Source: Octopus vulgaris (taxonomy: Eukaryota). Taken from it: a stretch of DNA of 64,000 nucleotides. The DNA lies in NCBI GenBank assembly GCA_951406725.2, contig OX597817.1, positions 95,170,001 through 95,234,000 on the forward strand. The letters are read 5' to 3'. Both the position numbers and the translations under genes were made by a program. A model generated the notes under the pieces. That model had not been told where the DNA came from. It was given only the letters and a program-made list of their open reading frames with translations, and did not search any database. Position 1 is the first letter of the stretch. The number at the start of each line of letters is the position of its first letter. Below, in pieces: positions 53,543 through 64,000 of the stretch.

Positions 53543-54146
53543 TCTTGTCTACTCTAGGCACAAGGCCCAAAATTTTGGGGGAGGGGCCAGTCAATTAGAT
53601 CGACTCCAGTATGTAACTGGTACTCAATTTATTGACCCCAAAAGGATGAAAGGCAAAGTTGACCTTGGCAGAATTTTAACTCAGAATGTAAAGACAGACA
53701 AAATACCACTAAGCATTTTGCCCGGTATGCTAATGTTTCTGCCAGCTCGCCGCCATTAATATTCTTTTCTACTGTAGGCACAAAGCCCATAATTTTTGGG
53801 GAGGGAGCCAGTCGATTAGATCATCCCAAGTATGTAACTGGTACTTAATTTATCGACTTCAAAAGGATGAAAGACAAAGTCAACTTCGGCGTAATTTGAA
53901 CTCAGAATGTAAAGACAGATGAAATACCTATTTAAATACCTACGCACAAGGGGCTAAACACAGAGGGGACAAACGGATTAAGATGATTACATTGACCCCA
54001 GTGCACAACTGGTACTTAATTTATTGACCCCGAAAGGATGAAAGGCAAAGTCGACCTCGGCAGAATTTGAACTCAGAACGTAACGGCAGACGAAATGCCT
54101 TTAAGCATTTTCGCCCGACATGCTAATAATTCTGTCAGCTCGCCAC
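53543..54146 (-). mobile_element. Cluster of three tandem tRNA-derived SINE copies (second SINE family)
   Basis: Three repeats of ACTGGTACT.AATTTAT.GAC..C.AAAGGATGAAAG.CAAAGT..AC.T.GGC..AATTT.AACTCAGAA; minus-strand head GGCGAGCTG.CAGAA with B-box-like GAGTTCAAATTC. Confidence 0.8.
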
Positions 54147-55261
54147 TTTAATGGGGAAAAATATTGAAAAACATTAATACATGCGAGAGGGATAAAGAAA
54201 CAACGAGGGTTGTCTTGCGATGTGTTAGAAACAACAGCAAAATCTCCTTTAAATCATCCACTTTTCCCTCTGAAAATATTAACATTTCTTTTCTTGTTTT
54301 TTTATTTATACTGAAAAGGCTCCTCTCATGGTTTTGAAGTGCAAAAAAATTGGCCAAAATAGGTCTGGAGTGGGGTGATGATGGAGGATGGGGTTGTAAA
54401 AAAAAGAGGTTTCAAAACTTTTTTCATACAAAGTTGCCCCCCAGCCTCATCATTTCGAAGGCTGTGGTTTAAAAAAAAATGGGGAAATACCTGTAAAAAC
54501 AGAGTAGTTCTAACTTATTTGGTCTTCCTGATCAAAAACTCCATTTTACCAAAACTCCTCTCCCCACCTCCTTGGAAAAAATTTCCCCAACAAATTTAAT
54601 CTATGCTGTTTGAAAGGGATTTGTATAAACTTTATATTTAAATGAGAAACTCCTGGAAAGTTTGGCAAATTTTAAAATTAACACCTGCATGATTTTCACT
54701 CAGAATCTCTTATTTTGGTTCAGAAGAAAGTGGGTGGGTGAAGGGATACACCCCATCCAGGAATCATTGGAAATATTCTTTTTTGTGTGTTGAATGATTT
54801 CCTGTGACTTCCTAATATGCTACAAAAACCCTTTTGGGGGTTGGAAAAACAGGGTAGGGTGAAGTGAAAGACTCGGAAATTCCACCCCACCCCCATTGAT
54901 CTTTTCACCCACATGATTTTCACAAAGGCAAAAAAAATAAAAAAATTGTGTGTGTGTGTGAGGGGGGGGATGAAAGGTTTTAAAGTAAATATATCTTAAT
55001 TGTTGTGTGTGAAAGTATATATATTCTGATGATAAAATATAGTATCTTTTAAAAACATCCTAAATTTATAGACTATATCTTGTGTGTTTGAGAAAAAAAA
55101 TTTTCAGAAATAAATTTTCCAGAGTGTGAATTACATGGTTCGTTATTAAATATATCCCCCCTCACCCCCACCTTTTTCCTGAACCAAAATAAGGGATTTG
55201 CATTATATTAGGAGGTCAGAGTACTTGATTCCACGTAAGAAATCTGAGTTGTGTGGGTGTT

Positions 55262-55590
55262 AATTTTAAAATTTACTGAAAGTTTTACAGATTTTTACAG
55301 TTCCAGTGATGGACTGAATCTGTAGTCTTCGAATTAGCTTTCTCCTATCTGGTTTTGAGAAGTCTAATTTCTTATGATTGGTATTTAGGCAGTGTGTTAC
55401 ATATCCCAGGGCCCCAATAATTACTGGTATAAACCAGAACTTATAATCTGGATAGAGTAACTGCAGATTTCTCAATAGTTCAGCATAGGTGTTCTCTTTT
55501 TCACTGATCTTCAGCTTTATGTTAACATCCGCTGGACAGTTAATTTCCACAACTGCGCAGTTTCTCTTCTCTGTCCTAAATCATCATATC
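55262..55590 (-). mobile_element. Non-LTR retrotransposon fragment: restriction-like endonuclease domain (R4/Dong/NeSL-type)
   Basis: EINCPADVNIKLKISEKENTYAEL..L..LYP....IPVIIGALGYV matches the PD-(D/E)xK RLE C-terminal pattern. Confidence 0.7.
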
Positions 55591-55660
55591 AGGTCTGTTG
55601 TGCTTACACTTGTATATATATGTATGTATGTATCATACCGTATCATGTATATACATACAT

Positions 55661-55707
<47 letters not shown>

Positions 55708-55725
55708 TATATATATATATATATG

Positions 55726-55926
55726 TAGGTCCCGGGTTGAGTCGGGGTTAACCACAGTAAATTAATTTATTTTATAGAAGGAGCTTCTACAGGACTAGAA
55801 CTGTTTCATTCAAAAGAAATCATCAGGAAGCTCTTTTCATTCAAAAGAAATCATCAGGAAGCTACTGATGATTTCTTTTGAATGAAACAGTTCTAGTCCT
55901 GTAGAAGCTCCTTCTATAAAATAAAT
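55726..55926 (-). mobile_element. Miniature fold-back copy of the 8635-10062 family with hammerhead (55782-55832 on -, truncated inverted copy 55865-55909 on +)
   Basis: Same terminus and ribozyme (core CTGATGA); arms 55765-55826 / 55865-55926; 29-bp direct duplication at the inversion junction. Confidence 0.85.
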
Positions 55927-55945
55927 ATATATATATATATATATA

Positions 55946-56100
55946 TTTGAGTAATTGAATGAATTATCTTATTCAGGATAATTCGAAAGATAACCGATAC
56001 CTGGGTAGCAAATTCACATTAGAAAGAACACGGTTGAAGCTACGTCCCTAGGGCATAGACTACGTGTCTTTGTGCGGATATTTGTATGTTTATTTTAAAA
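55946..56100 (-). repeat. Terminal fragment related to the 10120-10712 element
   Basis: GATAACCGATACCTGGGTAGCAA is the reverse complement of ~10646-10668; (TA)n on both sides. Confidence 0.7.
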
Positions 56101-56101
56101 T

Positions 56102-56196
<95 letters not shown>

Positions 56197-56213
56197 ATGT
56201 ATGTATGTATACA

Positions 56214-56253
<40 letters not shown>

Positions 56254-56274
56254 TGTATACATACATACATACAT

Positions 56275-56343
<69 letters not shown>

Positions 56344-56464
56344 TATATAAATATATATATATATATATATATCTGTTAGTTACGAACAGATCTTCGAAAG
56401 CGATGAGAAGCCGAAAGGGTATGTTCTTACTTTCAGTGTTTTCAAATCCAAACCAAGGAGTTTC

Positions 56465-56516
56465 TGAGCTGATGATAGAAGTGTCGTATTGACTAATCTT
56501 GAAACGTACGTTCTCA
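56465..56516 (+). ncRNA. Type I hammerhead ribozyme motif, copy 1
   Basis: TGAG-CTGATGA-TAGAAGTGTCGTATTGACTAATCTT-GAAA-CGTACG-TT-CTCA. Confidence 0.75.
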
Positions 56517-57023
56517 AATAACCTTTGCATTTGATTTTTTGATGTCCTTACCCCCAAACTTTTGTGAGTTGAGTTAAACAAACACTATATGAGAGAGATT
56601 TTCTTTAAGTATTAGAAATAGCTTTAAAAAAGTTTTTTAGCTGCTATTTCTAATGAGTTCAGTATGTGGCAAAGTAATTTATTTTACTAAGCCCTTTTAT
56701 ATAATGTAATAATTTGAATTCGCCTTAAATGGTCCCTTTGCATACTGAACACTTGGTGAAATTGATTAATAATTAATTAATTTTACCCTCAATTGTTGAA
56801 ATTATAATTAATCTCCCTCTAATTAATGCTTCGGATTTTACCGAAATAAGCATAGTGTTTGATGATTTTAACCCATGCTGGTGGAAAGGGGGAACAGAAA
56901 TTCTTCGCTTGCATATTTGAGTTTGTTGGCACTGTTAGTTACGAACAGATCTTCGAAAGCGATGAGAAGCCGAAAGGGTATGTTCTTACTTTCAGTGTTT
57001 TCAAATCCAAACCAAGGAGTTTC

Positions 57024-57075
57024 TGAGCTGATGATAGAAGTGTCGTATTGACTAATCTTGAAACGTACGTTCTCA
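57024..57075 (+). ncRNA. Type I hammerhead ribozyme motif, copy 2
   Basis: Identical to 56465-56516, 559 nt downstream. Confidence 0.75.
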
Positions 57076-57371
57076 AATAACCTTTGCATTTGATTTTTTG
57101 ATGTCCTTACTTTTGTGAGTTGAGTTAAACAAACACTATATGAGAGAGATTTTCTTTAAGTATTAGAAATAGCTTTAAAAAAGTTTTTTAGCTGCTATTT
57201 CTAATGAGTTCAGTATGTGGCAAAGTAATTTATTTTACGAAGCCCTTTTATATAATGTAATAATTTGAATTCGCCTTAAATGGTCCCTTTGCATACTGAA
57301 CACTTGGTGAAATTGATTAATAATTAATTAATTTTACCCTCAATTGTTGAAATTATATATATATATATATA

Positions 57372-57655
57372 TATTATATTAAATTAGAGATAAAACCACT
57401 ATTAGGCAAATCAAACAGTGAAAAACATAAGCCAATACATAAAATTAATTTAAAATATAAAAGTTTAAAATTTTTAACTTTTATATTTTAAATTTATTTT
57501 ATGTATTTGGCTTATGTTTTTCACTGTTTGATTTGCCTAATAGTGGTTTTTATCTCTAATTTAATATAATATAATATATTTATACTATAAAATTGGATTT
57601 AATCCTAAATCTAATTTTTCCCTGTGAGTTTGGATTTATTCCCTAATATTATTAT
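57372..57655 (+). repeat. ~200-bp near-perfect palindrome (57372-57573) plus tail, between (TA)n tracts
   Basis: AAATTAGAGATAAAACCACTATTAGGC... is mirrored by ...GCCTAATAGTGGTTTTATCTCTAATTT around a centre at ~57470. Confidence 0.85.
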
Positions 57656-57702
<47 letters not shown>

Positions 57703-57703
<1 letters not shown>

Positions 57704-58055
57704 TCTTTTACTCTTTGACTCGTTTCAGTCATTTAACTGCGGCCATGCTGGAGCACCGCCTTTAGTCGAGCAAATCAACCCCAGGGCTTATTCTTTGTAA
57801 GCCTAGTATTTATTCTATCGGTCACTTTTGCTGAACCGCTAAGTTATGGGGACATAAACACACCAGCATCTGTTGTCAAGCGATGTTGGGGAGGACAAAC
57901 ACAGACACACAAACACATATACGACAGGCTTCTTTCACTTTCCATCTACCAAATCCACTCACAAGTCTTTGGTCGGCCCAAGGCTATAGTAAAAGACACT
58001 TGCCCGGAACCTTGTGGTTGGTAAGCAAGCTACTTACCACACAGCCACTCCTGCG

Positions 58056-58108
<53 letters not shown>

Positions 58109-58459
58109 TTTTATTTGTTTCAGTCATTTGACTGCAGCCATACTAGAGCACTGCCTTTAGTCAAAGAAATCGACTCAAAGACTTATTCTTTGTAAGACTA
58201 GTACTTATTCTATCTTTTGCCGAACTGCTAAGTTACGGGGACGTAAACACACCAACATCGGTTGTCAATCGATGGTTGGGGGACAAACAGACAAACATAC
58301 ATACATACATACGACGGGCTTCTTTCAGTTTCCGTCTACCAAATCTACTCACAAGGCTATAGTAGAAGACACTTGCCCAAGGTGCCACGCAGTGGGACTG
58401 AACCCAGAGCCGTGTAGCCTGCAAGCAAGCTACTTACCACACAACCACCGTATCGTGCG

Positions 58460-58536
<77 letters not shown>

Positions 58537-58821
58537 TTTTATTTGTTTCAGTCATTTGACTGCAGCCATACTAGAGCACTGCCTTTAGTCAAAGAAATCG
58601 ACTCAAAGACTTATTCTTTGTAAGACTAGTACTTATTCTATCTTTTGCCGAACTGCTAAGTTACGGGGACGTAAACACACCAACATCGGTTGTCAATCGA
58701 TGGTTGGGGGACAAACAGACAAACATACATACATACATACGACGGGCTTCTTTCAGTTTCCGTCTACCAAATCTACTCACAAGGCTATAGTAGAAGACAC
58801 TTGCCCAAGGTGCCACGCAGT
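57703..58821 (-). mobile_element. Three tRNA-derived SINE copies separated by (TA)n (57703-58057, 58106-58461, 58533-58821)
   Basis: Minus-strand head GGCGCAGGAGTGGCTGTGTGGTAAGTAGC (A-box-like) and GGGTTCAGTCCC (B-box-like); the last two copies look identical over ~290 bp. Confidence 0.85.
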
Positions 58822-60276
58822 ACCAAATCTCACGTCTGAGGGCACGCTGTGGCCAGTACTTATGTTTCAAAATAAAAATAGAATGGTGACGTCTTTGATC
58901 AAAGGTTTGTTGTATCGAAACTGACTTCGAACAAGGCAACACCCACCCATATACACAGATATAATCTAGATAAATTGCTCAATGTTATGTGTCTGACAGA
59001 GGAAACTCCCCCTTGATTTATGCTATTTACACGATTGCTTTAAAACAAACAAGACAATTTTCTATAATATCAATGTAATAAATGTCAGATCTTCGGCAAA
59101 CGACCGCTCACCATCATTATTACCACTACTACTGCTGCTGACGAAAAAAAAAGGAAAATATCGGAAGCTCTGCTATCAACAACATCGTATTGCAGTAGCT
59201 GTGGATTTATAAAGGAATACATTACCTCGGTGAATTCATGACTTAATGTAAGAACATTTATATTTTATTTCTGTTATTTAATTTTAATACTGCAAGGGTA
59301 TTATTCTTTTATCCTCTGTGTGAGAGAGAATACAAAGATTTCGGCACCTTCGACTATTTCACTGTCTTTAGCTGTGTCCACTAACATTGGTGCTACCTGG
59401 GAATGTCCGGTATATTTTGGCCAAGACTGCAGCACCCTGTTTTCTTTTGTCATCTCTGCAACCACTACATCATGTTGAGTACCACTATAACGACTTCAGC
59501 CAGGCAATAACTATATTGTTTTACTATTTGTCCTTCGTATTCCGCTTACCCCTTTCTTTCTCATACGTCTGTCCTATCCATGATGAAGCGTTTTCTGCTT
59601 CCTTCCACAGCTCACTAATTACTGCCCCACTATCCTTCTAAGTCTAACTCCAGCCAGGTAGGACATTGTGGATCTAATCACAGTCTTACGATACTCTGCC
59701 GGGTTACTCTATCTAATGTGTCCTTGCTTCTTTTAAAAAATAAAATGTCATTCCAGGAAGATCTTATTGCTATTTCTAGCAGGCGAAGAGTAGTTTCTTC
59801 ATTATCTTTACAAAAATGTTAGTAAAAATAGTTGCGAGAATATATATACATTTTAACAAAATCAACAAATGAAATTATCGGTCTTAATGCAGTAGAAACA
59901 TTTCATTTGTTTGAATGGACCATGTACCAGAAACAGTAAACTCTCATTCAAATCTATGAAAAAGTCTCAGATAAGGAAAATCATAGTGTTAATATAACAC
60001 GATCATTTTATTTGATCGAAACGATACCTGTAATACAAATAGAACTCAGTGAAATAAATTTCATAAATTAAAACGTTTTCCTGTAGATAAGAAATATTAA
60101 TTCTTTCGGATTTTTCAGTTTTATAGTTTAAGGATTGGTCCCTCATCCGTTTTAATGTTGTTCCTCAACACATTTATGGATCTTCTATGACATCAGGTTG
60201 TAAAATATCCCCTCACTCTCTCTTATTTTAATTTTTGTCTTTCGCCTCTCAGCTCGTGTTGTTTGACTGCTCCAGG

Positions 60277-60867
60277 CAGGGGTGGGCGAACTTTTTTGAT
60301 CGCGGGCCGCACAGTGCGTCTTTGGAACCTTGGCGGGCCTCATTTATAAAAATCAAGTGAAAATATTTTTAAAGGCAGTTATAGACCTATAAACACACAA
60401 TTGATTGAAAGGAAATTTTGTGAAATATTCCTGGTTTAAGTGATTTAATTTATTTTTTAGAGTATCGGGTTCATGTTTTTCGGTTATTTGCTCCTATAGT
60501 TATTTTGGACAGCCTGTTATTGCTTACAAATTGCCAGGAACGGAATTTTCCTAGTAAAATCTGCACTAATTGTGGACAACCACCTCTTAATATTATGGAC
60601 AACCATATCTTCACCCAGAAATGTGTTTTATTATGATGTCATGGGAATATTTCTCGAAATTTTTCATCGCTTCACAGTAGCTGAAACAAACAAACAGCGG
60701 ACAATTTTGTGAAGGCGCGAAACAGTGAACTGAAATAAAATGCAAACTATTGTGAATTACCGTACAACTGAAACAGTTACGAAGTATCTGCATAGAAGTT
60801 GGGATTCATAAAAGCTCTCGGCGGGCCGCATGAAAACCTATGGCGGGCCGTAGTTTTCCCACCCCTG
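60277..60867. mobile_element. Non-autonomous hAT element (MITE)
   Basis: TIRs CAGGGGTGGG / CCCACCCCTG; perfect 8-bp TSD GCTCCAGG (60269-60276, 60868-60875); subterminal GCGGGCCG repeats. Confidence 0.92.
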
Positions 60868-62415
60868 GCTCCAGGTCCTTCCTTTCTGCTGGCCTAAGGC
60901 ATTTCAACCATGACTACAGCATTTTTTTTTCTTTCTAACATAGTGCACCTATGACTACATTATCCGATATGCCTTCACCCATTTACATCTAGGATGCTTC
61001 GTAATAAAGTTGAAGTGGCTCAGTATATGACTGGTACTTTATTTAACGACTACTAATGATGAAAGTCAAGGTAAAAATTATTATTTCCTGCATATCTAGC
61101 GACCTCGTAAATGTTGACTTGTATATATAGGGTGCTGTTCCTTTCCCTACGTCAGCCTTGACTTATCAGATCTGTGACCAAAGAAAATTCAGTTTTAGCC
61201 GTCCAATATTTTATTTCAGTGAATATAGGATAACATTATCTGATGTGCCCTTTCTTTTGGGTGTTATTAATGGGAAATTTGGTTACTATTTCTGTAGTAC
61301 AGTGATATGCCACCTTTTTCAATCAATGCCATAATAAATAAGATACTAAAACAGTTATTTGGGGTGTCCTATGGGACGACCTAGATGAGAGATAAAACAG
61401 TTATGGAATACCATCAGCTTAAGTTTTACTGTAATAAAAAAGAGATGTTTGCACACATTGCATTTTGCTGCAAAGAATATATATGCAGTGGTGCTTTAAG
61501 AATACCAAAGTTTTCTAAATAGCTTTGCTATTTCCGACTTTCCTGAAAAACTCATGGCACACTTGTAGACAGTTTATAATACAGTAAATGCGAATGTTTA
61601 TCCCAGAGGTTCCATTGTTGCTTCATATGATGATGATAGTGTTCAATAGTCAGTGCTGGACTAAATGTATTTAATTTCTGGGTTGAAATCCTGCATAGTT
61701 TAATCAAGTAAAATACCAGTTAACTATTGAGGATGATTTCATTACATGTGCTCTCTCCATTCTGAAATGCATAGCATTGTCTCTGTTGTAGAAATCTTTT
61801 TTTTTTTTTGACAACAATCTGAAGGATACAGTTACCATCCATAGAACAATCAGAGACATAATAAATGAATTCTAGCTGGCTGGTAGATCAATGCAGAAAC
61901 CAAGGCTGGTAGGGACATTGCAAGCCAATTAGAGTAGACTGCTGGGGTTTTGTGGGGTGTTCACCCTTCAAAGCTTTGATTGGGCTTCAAGTTACTGGTA
62001 CGATAAAGAGAGGAATCATATATTTCATCACTAAAGCTTCAGGAAAGACCACTAAGTGGGTCTGAATGAAGAGGGCAGACCAGTTGTTTGCTGTGATGCA
62101 AGCTAAGACTTGATCAGCACAGGCTGGGTTAACTGACCAAGGGGTCTGCTGTTGAAATGCCCTAAACCCCATATGATCCTAAAAACATCACTGGTGATGC
62201 ATCCCAGAACACCTGTGAGATGTATCTCAGAACTAAACTACTAGCTATTTATATTGGTTGATTATGAAGTATAACCCATACCAAAGTAAATGTGTTATTA
62301 GAAAGTTAAACAGTTGTAGTAGAGATAAGTGTTTAATATACATACATACGTACATATGTGTACATACATTTAGGGCCACAAACAGTTATATACAATGTTT
62401 CAGTTATATATAATA

Positions 62416-63500
62416 CTAGCAGAGGCACCCGGTGTTGCCCAGGAATGAAATTTTTTCCCTCTATATTGGAAGAAAAGAACAAAATATGTTGTATAGAAAT
62501 TTGTTATTCTAAATTCAATTTATTCTTCAATTGAGATACAATTTATTCTTAATTCATAATACAAAATAATAATAATAAACAAAAATACAAAATTTACCAC
62601 TTTTATGAAAGGAGATAAATTCTACCACACATGTTGAAGGAAATTACATAAGAGCTTTTCAGTAAACAACATTCTTTGTTTTCTGGTTTGGAGCATAGAC
62701 AAATAAGTCTTGTAAACTACCTACCCTGGAGCAACCAATATAAAGTTGACCATGAGAAAAGTAAGTCAGTAGATTTCAAAGACTGACCTTGAGCTTTTGT
62801 TATTCCAAAGCAAAGTCGCACTGGGAATTGTGTTTGTTTGAACTCAAACAACATGTCTGTTGGTTTGATTAGAATTCTTGGAATGAAAGCCTCTTCCCCA
62901 GAGGCACATCCAGTGATGATGGTGTTTCTATCACATTAGGTGATAATTCATCAAGGACTGAATCAACTGATTTGTACTTCTTAATGACTATTGGAATCTT
63001 ATTCATTAATTCATGGTTAATCCTTGTAGGTGTCTCATTTTTTGGAGCAAGAATTACCCTTTACACAACCATTTATGTGAATTGTATTTATTACTTAAGT
63101 CTGGAAATACCCTGTTCTTCAATTCAGCTGGGAAATTCACCATAATAGCAATATAAACCAAACTGATATTGCCATTCCCATCAAATAGTACTTTCCCATT
63201 TCCTAATTGGAGGAGACAGGTTGAAAACTGTTGTGCACATTGGTCCCCATGTAATAAAGCTTGCGCGTTAGTATTGAAGGAGAATTTCAGTACTTTATTC
63301 CATAGGTGTGAAGACTTAATGCATGCTTTTATTTCATCAGACCTTGTTCGTCTCAGAATGACTTATGAGTTAATGTATTTATATCAAGTCCTGATATTTA
63401 TGACCTTGTTTGAATGTTAAATATCTTTATGGTCTATCACTGACATGTTTGTGGCCATGGAGCATGGCATACTAAGTGCAACCCTCTTTCATTTCTCACT
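62416..63500 (-). mobile_element. Decayed autonomous Helitron 3' end (PIF1-like helicase)
   Basis: Minus strand ..ILAPKNE.., FIPRI....TD..FEFKQTQFPVRLCF, KAQGQSL, FSHGQLYIGCSRVG..KTKNVVY; terminus GGGCAACACCGGGTGCC...CTAG|T. Confidence 0.85.
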
Positions 63501-64000
63501 TGATAAGACATCACTTCACCTACACTTTACTATCGACACCTTAGGAAAGGCATGAACAACACAGCCTCTAATTTTTCTAATTTTCTCTTTTTGATTACTT
63601 TGAACCAAGTTAAAGAAGAAAACAGTATCTACATGTTATTGTTTTTTTTTAATGGCATAGTGGGAGAAGGAAAGGGCAACAATTGTGATTCCTTCTTCTT
63701 GTGCTGTGTGACTGGTGGAGGTAAGGAAAAAGTTGTCTGTAAACTGGAGACCTGGCCTGAATGTTAGTAACAGAATGTCTCCAGTAAAGGCTTCTCAGGA
63801 TCTGATGATGGATTGGGTTTACTACCAAAGAATACAAACAGTTCCTTTACAATCTACCAAATTTCACTCATAAGGCTTTAAGCAATTTCAAAGCAAGCAG
63901 TAATACAAAGTGTCATACCTGAAAGTAATATAATTGCAAGAACTTTTACCACACAGCCATGACTCCATCCATAATTCTTGCATAACTAAACTGTCCTCTC

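Larger units (their letters stand above)
56373..57356 (+). mobile_element. Non-coding partial tandem repeat (period 559 bp) with one hammerhead per unit; retrozyme or PLE pseudo-LTR-like
   Basis: 56373-56806 is repeated at 56932-57356 (one 8-bp indel and one substitution noticed); embedded in (TA)n. Confidence 0.85.

Noticed and set aside
53700-53755. tRNA genes at SINE heads (also 58000-58057)
   Set aside because: A/B-box-like motifs only; no complete cloverleaf, and they continue into SINE bodies.
61860-62220. Possible exon or RLE-LINE 3' remnant
   Set aside because: No sustained reading frame or motif could be supported with confidence.

Overview
Eukaryotic, AT-rich, repeat-saturated genomic window. 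The SINE types and abundant (TA)n/(CA)n tracts suggest a coleoid cephalopod such as Octopus (inference). One intact host gene is present: ribosomal protein RPL19/eL19 on the minus strand (5 coding exons, 27170->19165, 196 aa, all GT-AG introns). The rest is mostly decayed transposons: a Gypsy 3' end and a solo LTR, hAT and Tc1/mariner relics, a Tx1/L1-type LINE, RTE LINEs, an RLE-LINE fragment, Helitrons, tRNA-derived SINEs and Penelope-like elements (PLEs). The most striking unexplained structure is a dense set of mostly non-coding elements embedded in (TA)n tracts. They are built as fold-back (inverted) or partial tandem repeats and carry about nine sequence-distinct type I hammerhead ribozyme motifs. 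These include a 559-bp tandem retrozyme-like unit, a natural G3-C8 compensatory core variant and motifs with very long stem II insertions. All ribozyme calls come from manual motif reading and are not experimentally or computationally validated. The long His/Thr, Val/Cys and Tyr/Ile ORFs in the ORF track are microsatellite translations.
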